Source: Schmidtea polychroa (taxonomy: Eukaryota). Taken from it: a DNA stretch of 64,000 nucleotides. The translations under genes were made by a program, and so were the position numbers. Positions within the stretch are counted from its first letter, which is position 1, and the number at the start of each line of letters is the position of its first letter. The DNA lies in NCBI GenBank assembly GCA_044892525.1, contig CM097885.1:51772001-51836000 (forward strand), read 5' to 3'. This document shows, piece after piece, positions 43,288-56,429 of this stretch. The notes under the pieces are model-generated. The model was given only the letters and a program-made list of their open reading frames with translations, did no database searches and was not told the DNA's origin.

Positions 43288-43779
43288 ACACGCCTGTTTA
43301 AATTTCATCAAATAATCTGTCAGATCTCTCCTGGTCAAATACATTCGGTAAATTGCACGAGGCAACGAATAACTTTCATAAATTAGCATTGTGTGTGGTA
43401 CGCCATCTTCAGGGTCTAAAAGAATGCTGGTAATTCTTTCTGAAGCATAAAGCGAAAGAACAGTTTGGATAGCAACATACGTAACAGGAGTAGCTTTTGT
43501 ATAATTTATAAAATGTATAATCCCATATCTTTGTCATATTATCGCAGTTTGTAACAATCCAATTTCCAATGGGATATTTTATCATCAAAATACCTCTTTT
43601 TGATTGAGCTCCATCGCCCACGTAGATCTTTTTGGCTCATTCCAATCATAACACCTTCATGACGATATCATCCGATACTAGAGAGGAAAATAGCTATTGA
43701 AGTATCATCACCTGCAAATCCGGCTATGCAGATATCAGATCCATCGTCAATTACCAATATTGAAAATATCTTCAACAAA
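43288..43779 (-). pseudogene. ACT: Actin pseudogene fragment (N-terminal ~195 residues with an internal deletion)
   Basis: [146 protein letters not shown]. Confidence 0.95.
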
Positions 43780-44009
43780 ATATTCAAAATATTTAATATT
43801 CTTCAAAACAATTGAACGATAGAAAACATATATTTTTTAAACCACTTGATTTAGAAAATCCACAATAAATCCAAACAAAGCAAGGCATAATCAAATCGAT
43901 AATTCTAGAAGATTCACAAGAAAAACAAAATTAAATTTCCAGAAGAACCGAATAGTATACTTAATAGAAGAAGATTTAACTTTATTTATAAGCATAGTTT
44001 TCGAAAAAT

Positions 44010-44750
44010 AACGGCATATAACAAGACGCTGGCAATTTATTCATCGTAATGTACAATAGCAAGATTACGATAAACACGAGTCTGCAATATAGATCATTCA
44101 TTGAACCACGAACTGCATTCAATAACTCCGTGTTAGAAACGCTAACATTATAGGACTCATCAGCGATCTTTGAAACTATCCCAAAAGTAAAAACCGTTGG
44201 AGTTGAGTTAACTCGTCACAAAAGAAATTGTCAGATAATATCATGCACTTAATACGATTTTCATTAAGTCGTAGCAAATTGCAGCTGATGATAATAACGC
44301 CACTGACGTGGGGTACAACCGCCAATGATGTCAACTCAGTTATGGAAACAGTAAGGCCAGCTTAAGTTTGAAGGAACATTCGACCGACTACCCGCTGTAG
44401 TGCAGATGAAAACGATATTTCAGTCACAGGTGACGAATAAGTGTAGGCCGGGCCGCAAGAAGTGTACACTGCCAAGAGCGAGGAAAGAAGCTCGGATTGG
44501 TGAGGGGCACGCCTGAAAGAAGTTAGAGGGCATTGTGAGTAAGATATGATTGTACAATGAAATTTGTGCGTGTTCTTTGACAATACTTTCAGTTACAATT
44601 ATAAACTCAACTACTCGCGTCTGCAATCAGGCAGAAAATAGGCAAATACGCAATTAACCAAATTTAACCAATGCATGTTTACGGGTTTGACGATGTCCAC
44701 CTTAACCAATCATGTTTAATATTATTTATGGTTATAATAATCATAACATA
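44010..44750 (+). mobile_element. Possible 3' end of a Ty3/gypsy element (integrase tail, PPT, LTR start)
   Basis: Locally GC-rich. NVQ*QDYDKH and NIMHLIR resemble an integrase C-terminus. Purine tract GAAAGAAGTTAGAGGG is followed by TGTGAG at about 44534. Confidence 0.4.
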
Positions 44751-46041
44751 ATTGTAATAAAAATAAAAAACGATACAAAATTAATTTTTTATCCTTTGTC
44801 ATAATGAAAATTATATCAAAAATTGACAGCAGACAAAGGTGACCAAAGAAATTAAAGATTTTTCCAATGATTTAAATAATTTGGAAAATATATTGAATAG
44901 TAAACTGATTTTCTATTTTATTTGATCATTACTAATTTTTATTTTGTGTACCTAATTGATGTTTTAAGATTTATAAAAGGACATTAAAAATTATCTTGAT
45001 TATTGTGTATTATATAGAGATGCATTTTGTCTTATAAGATTTGCTGTCATTATTCTGTGATAATGGATGTCATTACTGTTAAGCTTCCAAGAAAGATCAA
45101 GCAGTGCAGTTAGATGATGAGTAAAATGTTTTTATGAATTGTGTGATATTAACTGTCATTAATTTTCAAAAATGACTTTAATCTTAATGAATTGGAAATT
45201 TAATAAAAATTATTATACGTTTAAAATTTTTAATTTAATTAATTCATTTGTGCATATTTGCCTTAAATTAATAATTTAATTTTCTTTTGTTTTTATTAAG
45301 TTTCCAGTTTAAATTTGAAATTTTATATCGAAAATATAAATATTATAAATATAAATAAATATTAAATATTGCTGATTTAATATCCACATATTACGTTACT
45401 ATCGTGCAATTATTATGACATTATTATTTTGTCTCATTTAGCATTTCTCCATAACTATTACGTAAATATGCCAATTTTACAAGTTAAAAATTTCTAAAAG
45501 AAATTCACAGATATTCAGAAAAATCACCATTTTTTAGAAAATTAAATATTGTTTTAAATAAAATTTGAATTTGGAGATTCAGAAAGTAAACGTGTAATTG
45601 CATAAAAATTCATTTATTAAAAATAATTAAAAAAAACCATTTTCATTTATCAACAATTTACATGATTATTTAGATTTTATTTAAAGGAGTATATATTTAT
45701 TTATAATAGAATTTTCATTTCATTTTTCCTAGATATAAAATTATTTAAATTTTAACTACCTTAATTAATATTATTAATATTAAAACTCATTGAAAAAGTT
45801 TAAATTTTATTCATTTCCGATTGTCAAGACAAAATATTATTTTTAACTTAAATATGATTAATATATGTGATTTTATTACTCTTTTGATAAATAAAACACG
45901 AATAAAAGAAATTTTCATTATATTTATGTTTTATAAATAGAACAAAACAAAATTCATTGTTTAATAATTAATAATTTTTAAAATATTTTATCGCCAACCC
46001 TTATTTTAATACAATTTTTTATTTAATGAATAAACCCTTTA

Positions 46042-46237
46042 TCCTATAGTTATAATTACTCTAGTTTGGAAACGAAGTCCGTGATGACTACATAGGACGA
46101 CTATTTTTAATCCCTGATGCAATAATTGTTTTAAAAATGAACTGTTTTATCTCTATAAGTTGAAATGTTTTTGTACTAAATTACAATTAAATAATTACAA
46201 TTACCTATTAAATAATAGAGTAATTATAACTATAGGA
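46042..46237. mobile_element. MITE with perfect 22-bp TIRs
   Basis: TCCTATAGTTATAATTACTCTA (46042-46063) / TAGAGTAATTATAACTATAGGA (46216-46237); TSD not clear. Confidence 0.75.
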
Positions 46238-47232
46238 ATGTATTAATTAATTAATTTTATTTCATTAATAATTAACAATTTAATAATTAGTTGCAAGAAT
46301 GTATGTTGAGTTCCTTATATATTCTTATCATTCTACATTTAAAGATATTTTTAGTGGGAATTTGTTTGAATAAGATTATGGATGTGAGGACCTGATGGAC
46401 GATAATTCCCAAAAATAAAACACCCACAGAGTCTGATATAAAAAGGCATTTAATATTCAGGCACCTATCAGAATAAGAGTTGACAAGATATCCATTAGAA
46501 GAAATAGTAAGAAAAAGTCTGTAAAATTCGATTATGAAAATAAAAGAATTAAAAGAGATGTAGAAACTAACCATATGCAAAATGTATCTTGGTTCGTCGA
46601 CGACCTATAAAAATATTTTCCCATAAGCTATTCCAACTGTTAATATCAATAATATTTTTCAACACATGTAGAAAGTAGATTAATTAATTTAAAAATAATT
46701 AAAATTAATTTGTTATTAAATGTATATTTTTCTATGTGGACTACAATTGCATTCTGTTAGAAAATTAATGTTCCTTTACAAATTTTAACCTTTCCAATTG
46801 ACCATTTCCAGTGTTAGATACCCCTTGCCATATATATTTCGAGTTCCTGCCAGCCAAATTCATTTGGTTTAGTTTATATTAGAAGTTTAAATAAAATATG
46901 AAAACTTTTAAAACTTTGAAGTTTTATTTTAAATTCAAATTCAAATTTTTTACAAAATTGAAAAAAATATTATAAAATTTTCTAGATCAGGATCTTGATA
47001 GAAACAAAAATAAACAAAAAAAAATTATTTAAAATTTATAAAATATTCAATATTTTTCCGCTCTTCTGGGCTTTGTTAGGTTCATATTTATCTAAATTAA
47101 CTAAATAAATTTTAAAATTTGATATTTATTTCTATAAATAATTTATTAAATGGTAAATTTTAATTCTAAGTTATTTTACATAGTTAAAGAGAATATGCAA
47201 AATTTCCATCGAATACCTTTGGTAAAATATAT

Positions 47233-47595
47233 ATGAATAAGTTTTTCGTTGTCAAGGTTAGTGATACTTATTTTACGGATGATATGAGAATTCTGGATAT
47301 AATTAAGTTTGACTACTGTAGTAAATTAAGAGGAAATCCACAAGGAATTCGAAACTTAGAAGAGTTAGGATACTCAACTTTATTTTGGGTTACATCCAAG
47401 TTACACGGTACCAACATTATTCATGTCACGTGTGATTTGGTAGGATATTATTTTAATGGAAGTTGTGACTTTTTATATCCAAGCGACAGTAACAACCCCA
47501 ATTTTAACCCTCGAAAATGGAGGAAGGTCAACAACCACAGCCTCACATGTCTTAAAAATGTCAAACCTTCAATAAACTACAATTTAGTTTTTTAA
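47233..47595 (+). CDS. Unidentified 120-aa ORF (possible exon or TE-derived)
   Basis: Open, non-repetitive frame from about 47188 with Cys/Trp/Gly content in very AT-rich flanks; no motif recognised. Confidence 0.3.
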   Translation: MNKFFVVKVSDTYFTDDMRILDIIKFDYCSKLRGNPQGIRNLEELGYSTLFWVTSKLHGTNIIHVTCDLVGYYFNGSCDFLYPSDSNNPNFNPRKWRKVNNHSLTCLKNVKPSINYNLVF

Positions 47596-48430
47596 AGTTC
47601 ACACAAAATTTATATAAAATCTTTATGTAAAAATTCTAATTAAATCAAGAAATTTCGTAAGTCGATTTTAAGCAATTTCTACTTTTGTTTGTCAATTTGC
47701 CAGACGAACAAATATTTAAATTAATCCCTCTTCCAAACTTTTAGGACTAATAAAAATTGAAAAAAATTATTTCACGCTTTTAAACAGTTTGAAAAAATAT
47801 TTGCAATTCTTTCTAACAGAAATATTACAATCGTTTTGATTTATGAAATTAAAATTAAACTATTTATATTTTTAACTATTTATTTACTACTTACAACAGG
47901 TGACTCTCAATTTATCAGAATAAACTACGCGCCAGTTTCAAATTATGAACATTTTAACTATTTGATTTTGTTAATTAGAAATTGTTTAATTTAAATGTCA
48001 ATTATTCAGTCGCAAAACATTTATAATAATCATTTTGATTAAGTAGATAATTTTAAATTTCATTAAATTATTACAATAAATATTTTCTTTAATTTTCATT
48101 AAAATATTTTATTTATTTTCTGGCAAAAAGAAAATTAATCTTAGAAACTCATGTGTTATTTGTTAATTTAATTTTCATAAAATATACAATAATGGAAAAA
48201 TAAAATATTGATAATACCTAGTGACGTAGTAAGGGAGCAAGGAGGTCTATCTTGTGCAAGACGTCCCTTGCAGAGGACGCTAAATTGTTCACAAGACAAA
48301 CAAGATTTTCCGGAAAATTTCAATTTTTATTTTGTTTAATTTCTGGGAAATAAATTTCAAATTAATAATTATTGTAATACAATTAATTATTTCTTTTCTT
48401 GATTTGTCTGATAAAATCTGTTATAAATAA

Positions 48431-48690
48431 CTAGCTGTTGTACCCGACTTCGCCCGAGTTTACATTTATTATAATAATTCATTTAAATTAATTTTTTGTT
48501 TAGTGATGTTATTACATTCCAGTATTAATTTTATAACCGCTTCAATTCCATGTTTAATTCACAATAAGAAAAACTTTCAAAATAAATTTCAATTTATAAA
48601 ATGGAAAATTCACTCCAATTTAAATCGAAAAATAACTGGCAATATTTTTCCAATTGCAAACTGGTTCACTAATCAAATAAAATTCAAAAT
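48431..48690 (-). mobile_element. 3' fragment of the same Helitron family as 28715-29260
   Basis: Intact 3' end CGGGCGAAGTCGGGTACAACAGCTAG|T; about 255 bp highly similar to 28715-28972. Confidence 0.88.
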
Positions 48691-49464
48691 AATACATTTT
48701 CTCATTAAATTACACAATTATATATTTTTATAACTGGCTGGTAGTAAATATGTTGGTCTAGAATCTAGATGTATTTATAAATTAATTTCTAATTAAACTA
48801 CTTTCCTCTGTAAGGAATATTTTTTAATTAAATATAAACAAGCAAGAATTAGTTACTTATAAATATAAATAACACCTCAAATTAGAAATAAATAATATAT
48901 TATTGGGTTTTCAATTTAATTAAGTAGAATAACTAACATTTCTGGCTTCTCATGTCCTCATTCAAAAGACAAATATTTTGCATATTTTATCTACTTTCAT
49001 TTTCACAATCTCTAACTAACTTATGGGTAACTAACTTATCAGACTAGAAAAACCAGGCTCCCTACTAGCTCTTCGACCAAACTGACAGTTTCTATTCTAA
49101 ATTAGTTTATTTATGCTACATTCCTCATCTATAATCGTTGGAGATTTTCTTACAGATTGATGGAATTGATAAATTTGTAATTATTTAATTTATTCATAAT
49201 TTTCATTTATACCTCTTACAGATTCCTTTGAAAATCTTTAAAATGTATTTATTTTTTAAATTACCATTTGTTTCTAGTTTTATGTTAAATTGTGGTCTGC
49301 CATTCAATTAATTACTTTTTAATTAATTTTTGATTAATTCATGAAACCACTTATGCACACTTTTAATTCCTCATTAATTTATACTACATTATTTTTCTGC
49401 AATGTCAAAAATATTTACATTTATATTTACATTTAATATTTACATTTACAATAATAATAATATT

Positions 49465-49657
49465 ATAGAAACTTTTTTTTCCAATTTCACCACTGATTAT
49501 TTTTTCCATTGAATTTATTAAAAAGAGCTTGAAGACTATAAATCAGTAATATATCGATGTTTTTTGATACTCACGAATTATCGGCACTGCCTTTTTGTGA
49601 TTATCAAAGCACATCGATATATTACTGATTTAAAGTTTCCAAGCTCTCTTTTTAATA
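49465..49657. mobile_element. Fold-back element (family F) abutting (AAT)n; relatives at 59413-59490 and 60420-60560
   Basis: AGAGCTTGAAGACTATAAATCAGTAATATATCGATG is inverted as CATCGATATATTACTGATTTAAAGTTTCCAAGCTCT; upstream AATTTCACCACTGATT is shared with the other copies. Confidence 0.8.
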
Positions 49658-49671
49658 ATAACAATAATATT

Positions 49672-49736
<65 letters not shown>

Positions 49737-49737
<1 letters not shown>

Positions 49738-50248
49738 CTCGAAAACGCCAAACAAACGAAATATATTTCAAGGAAATTATCCTCATCATCAGTCTGCCAT
49801 CATAATCAATTATTAACAATTATATACGGAAACAATAACAATGTTTATGATTTAATGAGTTAATTAAATAATCTCAATAAATTTATTACTGATTGAATGT
49901 TAATTGTGGGGGATTGTTATTTTATAACCAATGCCTCACATAAAATTCATTCACACTTATTAATAAAGTTTTTATATAAAATTTTAAAAGATTTTAAGTC
50001 AGTTGTACCTTTATACAATTTATCAAAAAGCGAAACGAGCTTATGTATATTTTTGCTAGATTTTCAAACGTTAAAGATAATGACCTCGATCTAAAAATCA
50101 AACCCTTAATCATAATTTTATTATATTTAAAATCACAAAATAGAAATAAACAATCCCGCATAATTAACATTCAATCAGCTACGAATTTATTGAGATTATG
50201 ATGTCAGACTGATGAAATATATTTCGTTTGTTTGGCGTTTTCGAATTT
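49737..50248. mobile_element. Fold-back element (family C) abutting (AAT)n
   Basis: CGAAAACGCCAAACAAACGAAATATATTTCA / TGAAATATATTTCGTTTGTTTGGCGTTTTCG; further arm homology at about 49870-49925 vs 50145-50197. Confidence 0.85.
49757..49795 (-). ncRNA. Minimal type I hammerhead ribozyme motif (candidate)
   Basis: GA-CUGAUGA-U-GAGGA-UAAUU-UCCUU-GAAA-UAUA-UU|UC. Canonical core, 5-bp stem II, palindromic stem III, stem I only about 2 bp. Confidence 0.58.
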
Positions 50249-50859
50249 TTAATAATGATAAAATTCCTAAATTTTACCAATAAAAATAAAAATTCATTAA
50301 ATAATGATGTTATTCATTGTCTTAACTATCTTTTATTAATACCTAAACTGTGAAAATCAAGAAAAAAATGAATGAAATTTTGTTAAAATTAATAGATCTT
50401 TTTTTAAATTATTTCTGATTCAAATTTTTTTTAAATTCAATTAAAACATTTAGTTTCTTAATAATAGATAACTTCTAATGTTTCAAACAAAACTCATTTT
50501 CTATTTTCAGATTTAAGCTTTATTGATTTTTACTTAGATGAATTTCAAAATAATTTTCCGAATAATTGCTGAAAAGAATATTGACAAATAACCTACTTTT
50601 TTCTTCAATAAATTGTCTTTTTCAATTATTTCTATGACATTTATAAATCGTTCAAAAGCTTCTTTTTTAAGTGACATAGAAATCGATAAGTAATTTGCAA
50701 AATTCTTCTAAATATCATGTCGATTCAATATTTGTTTTAATAAATAAATAAATTCATTGTTTTAATTTAATGAAATTTATATTTAAATTTAGTAATAGTC
50801 ATTTAATTATTATTATTAATGCAATGTAAATATAGTTATTATTATTTGGGAACCATGAG

Positions 50860-51750
50860 TTCTTCAAATATTTATTATGGTGTGCCAGAAAAGAGGCAGT
50901 GTCTTCATTGTTGTTGCAAAACTGATGATATTTTCAAAGTGTTGACAGAAAAAAACTCTGACTCTATTTTGAATGCTGATACGTTTTCTGGTACAAAAGA
51001 TCTCATCGAGTAATTGGGTTTTTCTCTATGTATACTCGATTTGTTGTATCAAATTCTTTCTTTATTGGACAATGCAAATCAAAGTCTCCAATCTAAAGGT
51101 ATATCAGTTTATAGACCTTCGATGCATTTTAGTGGCCTGGTGAAGTATATTGAAAATGTGAGTGACCAAGGTATAAACAATATAATTCGCCCTGAAGCAA
51201 AACGAGTGACATTCGAAAATGTAGAAGATGAATTTTATTTACTTAAATGTATCCATGATTATTAAAGACAGATTAACTTCGTTTTCGATAGTATTCTGAC
51301 ACAGCGATTATGGTGATTTGAGTTGATGTCAAGAGTTTTTCAGATTTCAGCTTCCGTGGAGTTGTTCTCAAATGTGTCCTTAAAACAGCTAACAATATGT
51401 TCAACCATTTTGACAAAAAATATACAAACGACCTGGTTGCCAATGAATTCAGATCAGAAGTTGAGTCTCGAATTGACAGAAGATTCATTGATGAGCAATT
51501 TTAAAAATACAACCCCAATTGTATTCATGCTCTGATTCGTACTTTTCACTTTCGTACTGATTCACTTTACTCAAACATACAGATAAATCGTGCTAAAGAA
51601 GTTTCAGTAAAATGAAACTGGTCAAAAATCATTTAAGATCACCTAAGGTACAAAAACGCATGACATGCTTAACAATTGTTTCAATTGAATAATGCGTGGC
51701 CAGATCTCTTAATAACAATAGTATCATAGATGATTGTGCGTAGGTAGCTA
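50860..51750 (+). mobile_element. hAT (Tip100/ZMYM1-like) transposase remnant
   Basis: WCARKEAVSSLLL, ILSLLDNANQSLQSKGISV and RSFSKMKLVKNHLRSPKVQKRMTCLTIVSIE*CVARSLNNNSIIDDCA (hAT dimerisation domain). Confidence 0.85.
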
Positions 51751-51917
51751 AGTTAAGTACCATCGTACCAACATATAGGAATAGTATAATATGTAGAATT
51801 ATAAAATATTTTAATGATTTTGTATTTATTTATTTTTCAGTGAATTTAAAATAACTTGAGCTTAAATGTAAGAAATTAAAAGGAAACATATATCTTAAAC
51901 CAGAATAGCGGTTAAAC

Positions 51918-52349
51918 TATAGGGACCAGATATTTCTCATTGGAATTCAAATAAAAATCACATAATCCGGGATGTCTGGTTATTTTATACTTGACATCTG
52001 CTTGAATTAGCACTAATAATGTGTGCATTATGGAATACTATGACAAGGACACTGTTTTTATGTCTTCACTTGAAGAGTGTGGAAATTAAAATAAATTCTA
52101 TACTAATTATTTAACCCAGCTGATCATATTGTACACAACTTACAATGTAAAATTTTCTATTATACAACTATATATTTTATGGAAAACAAAAATAAACAGA
52201 AAGAAGAAGAATCAAAAAAACACTTTAATTTTTGCTATGCTTTCTTCTTTTTTGAAAATATTAAGTGTTAAATGTCAAATGCGGGACACTTTCCGGACAG
52301 TTTTTAATGAGGGACAAACAACTCAAATCCGAGATATCTGGTCACTTTA
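51918..52349. mobile_element. hAT (Blackjack-like) non-autonomous element
   Basis: TIRs TATAGGGACCAGAT / ATCTGGTCACTTTA (12/14), TSD GGTTAAAC/AGTTAAAT (6/8), GGGACA/CCGG subterminal motifs. Confidence 0.7.
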
Positions 52350-53669
52350 AGTTAAATCTATCTTTTATCTATAAAAAAAGGTATTAATATATTATAAAAT
52401 TTTCATAAATTATATTCGAAATTTACTTACATAACAAAATTAAGTACACCAGATTTATGCAAGCTACAGCTTTTTAAATAATGAAAAGTACAGATAAAAT
52501 AAACATCCAGAATAAATCATTTTAAAATTCCTAGAATATTAATTATATATTCTTAATTATTGATTTTATAAACATTAATATCGATTTTTAAACCCATTTT
52601 CTATTATATTTTAAATATTTAATAAATAATTCTAAATAATTTTTAATTAATTTATATAAAAAAATGAAAAAACTGTCCGTTTGCTGTAAAATTCAAAAAT
52701 AAATAGATGTTGTTTTCCATCACTGAGGCAGCAATTTAGTCTGTTGTCTTGTCATTTGATTAAATTGACAACGCTCTATTTAATTGATGACAATTTTTCT
52801 GTTCATCAAACAGTCAAAAGAATTTTATTGAAAAATCCGTAATTCTAAGCAACAATAGAATGTTAAATTGCAACACTCAATTTGTTACAGTCCAGTGATT
52901 TAGAGAATTCGATAAGTGGAACTGACTTGCTATCAAGTTGAGTTTTTTTTTATTATTTTTAACAAAACAAGAAAATGTTTCATTAAAAATTTTGCCGCGC
53001 ATTTCTTTATCATTGCAATTATTTTATCAGAATTGAAATCGGTTTAATTTGATGGAAATATTTTAAATTACAATTTAATAAGAACTTTAATTTACAATTT
53101 TTTAAACCAATAAGATACTTAGCATTTGATATATGCCATGGTAATTTGTTAAATTTGACAAAGTACAGCATTCAATAAATTATATTAAAATAAAAAATAA
53201 AATATCAATTAATTTTATTAATAATTAATTAAGCATAAATTAAATGTAAGATCTAATCAAATTCAAGAATATCAACGAGAGATATGGCACTTTTAATCAA
53301 GTTGGATTATTTTTAGATCACTTGATTCAAACAAATTAACTGAAAAGAGGAAATCTTGAACGAATTTTAATATATAAAATGTTAATTTTGAAGAAATAAA
53401 TGAAAGATTTCTTGATCGAATTGTAACATGTAATAAGAAATTGGTTAAATATTGTCGCATTTGTATTAAAATAATTTAAATTATTGAGAAATTAATTTAA
53501 AATAAATGATTGAATTACAGACTAAAAATTAATACATTTTATGGAGAAAACTGGAAATATACGGTAATTATAAAATAAATGTATATCAACTATTTTACTA
53601 CTAAATGATGATGCAGAGATAAAAATACAAACTAATTAAATAATCAAAAATTTATTGTGCAATTTTTTG

Positions 53670-54472
53670 GTGGTATTGAAACTTCATAATTTGTTGGGTC
53701 TTGTTCATTCAAATAAGGATACAGTGAGTCAGAAGTGACAGTTATATTGCTAAATTTCAATGAAAACTCAACAATATGTTGTATGTAGAATTTAAACATT
53801 CTGAATAGTAACAGAAAATCGGATTTCTACATTCAAGAATTCCTTGAACTGATTTGGTAACTAATTTGTGTGTAACCACTTTTTTTGTCAAAATATACGA
53901 CTATTAAGAGCCCGGCATTTGATGAAATTAATGATTGTAATAACATCGCAAATCACACCGTTTAAAACTGGTGATATTTTTGGCTACACGTGTTTCTAGA
54001 TGTATTACGCAGTGAGTAAAAAATTTATGATCATTCCCATCAGTTTAACATCATTGCCCCAGCACTATCTGTAAAAACATCGACGCAACTACTCCATTGT
54101 AAACTGTAATTTGCAAAATAATTATCAACTTTCAGATAAATGATATCCCACTGGTGCACGCCTCCAAAAGACAGCAAAACAATAATTCTTCATGTATCTC
54201 ATATAAACTAACAATTATGCCATATTAAAAATATCAGTTGTTTCATGCGATTGAATTACAAACTTTGGACTGCTTTTAAGCCAAGTAATAAACTGTTGTA
54301 ATTGGTCATTACTAATTTCAGAAATTCTTCTAGAAACTGTATCGTTTGATAAAAGAATTAATATTCTAGTTTTCAATTAATATTTGGTTATTACGCTACC
54401 AGATTTTTTTAATTTTGGTAAATTTTCTGCGAAACCAAATGGGGGCTACGTCCCATACTTTTATAAGCCCTG
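53670..54472 (-). mobile_element. Buster/Charlie-type hAT remnant (5' TIR plus catalytic region)
   Basis: TIR CAGGGCTTATAAAAGTATGGGACGTAGCCCCC at 54472 flanked by CTCTATAC. Motifs FVIQSHETTD, IHEELLFCCLLEACTSG, LQWSSCVDV/TDSAGAM, FTHCVIHLE and IINFIKCRALNSRIF. Confidence 0.88.
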
Positions 54473-54524
54473 CTCTATACGATAGTAATTGTAATTTATT
54501 AAGTCACCGTAAAAACGCAAGTCA

Positions 54525-54607
54525 ATGACTCATATTTATTTGTCCTCGACAAAAGCATGACTCATATGGTGACTCATTGTCTTTGTTCTCCATAAATGGA
54601 TGACTCA
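54525..54607 (+). promoter_or_regulatory. Cluster of four AP-1 (TGACTCA) motifs
   Basis: TGACTCA at 54526, 54558, 54570 and 54601; two of them as ATGACTCAT. Confidence 0.45.
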
Positions 54608-56429
54608 AAATTTCTTTATTCTATGAGATGTCTTTGTTCACGAGGGCTTACAACTCGATACTAACATATAATTAAACAAATATATATTTTTTAAAGTTAA
54701 TTAATAATATAATTATATTTAATTAATTATATTTAAAAAATAAGTTATTTTTGATTTTTAAAAAATTTTAAAAAGACCTTCATATCTAATTTATTAAAGT
54801 AAATATTTTAAAATGTAGTTCGATATTCAATATTGAAAAACTTATTGATATTTGGGCATTAAATAAAAAAATATGAATAATCAATAAACCGATAAAATCA
54901 GAAATTTTCTTTTCATATTAAAGCGCAAAATGATGAAAGCCAGTGGACTAGGTGTCTAAAAAATTTAAATGATTGCAGATTATTCCTTGTCTTTCATTAA
55001 AGATGGATATAAATATTACCCGGGAGACTCTTTCTATGTCACAGTTTCTCAATCTAATCCCATCATAAGTAGAATATTAGTTGGACCAATTATGTAAAAA
55101 TAGGCGTGATATTAGTGGCATTGTTCAAATATATTCAATCAAACGAAATTTTCATATATTTTACTTTCAAAAAAATATATTTATTTAAGAAAAGATTTAT
55201 TTTTTCCATTGTACTGACAAAATAAAATTTTAATTCTTTTAGAATATCTAATTGTTATATAGTTTTTGTGTGAATTTTGTCTAGAGATAAAGGATATAGA
55301 ATATTTCAGTAAGTTATGGAATTTCTAGAGTATTTCTACAGACAATTAATTAGGTGCAATATTTCAAGGTTGAAGGCATATCTTACGTTTAAATTTTGAT
55401 AGATTTTAAAGCCAACTAATAAGGAATTCACGTGCATTTTAAGCAGAATTACTTTAAAAATTCGTAATAAATTGGGGTTGGAGTTATTAATATATAGAAA
55501 GTTTAACAAATACATATATAAACAAAATATTTATTATAAAAAAAAATATGGTATTAATTTTAATTTATTTTTAATTATTGCTTCATAAATAAATATTGAT
55601 CTGTAGTATGAAAAATAAAAATAAAAAAATTTAAAATACTGATAGATAAAAGATGTAAAGGATAAATGATTTTTTAAATATAATTCAATAGTTTTTAATT
55701 AAAGAAATATAAATAATATTTACAATTGTTTTTATTTAGAAGTTATTGAAATGTTATGTGTTAAGGTTCGTTTCGCATCATAGAGCTGTACAAAAATACA
55801 ACAAAATTCGATATAGACAACAACCACGTCATTATCAATCTTTCCAGATTAAAACCAGCCTTTTGCATCCTTGAATATGACGAAATCCCAAACAACCATA
55901 TCTTAAAAGACTATTACATAAAGGAAGACATATTAAAAGACATGGAACAACCGACAACACTACTAGACACACCAAATGTTCAACTCCTTTAAAAAAATCC
56001 GCCATTTCCCTCCAGGCGAACACGTAAACTCCCTCAATACCTCTCGGATCATGATCTTCAGTGACTGCTTCCACCATTATCGCCGTCTTTATCTTTTGAT
56101 ACACTCAGTGTACTTCGGCGGGGGCTATTGAAGTGCCTCTGACTAGCACTTTTATCTATTTAAAAAATCATCAAATTCAAACATGTCTAACGAAGTTACT
56201 GAAGTTGTCACTGAAGTCGAACAAGTTGAAGAATTGGCAGAGGTTACTGAAGAAGTTGAACAATCATCAAATCGAGTCAAAATCAATGGATCAAATAAGC
56301 CAGAAATGAATTGTTATCTCTGATGATGGTCAATATCTTCAACAATGTTAATTACAATAAATTCTTTGTTCAAATTAATTATATGCCTCTATATTATGTA
56401 TAAAATTACCTGTACTTAATATATATATA

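Noticed and set aside
48219..48290. TAGTGACGTAG hAT-Tip100-like terminus
   Set aside because: No partner TIR or TSD found
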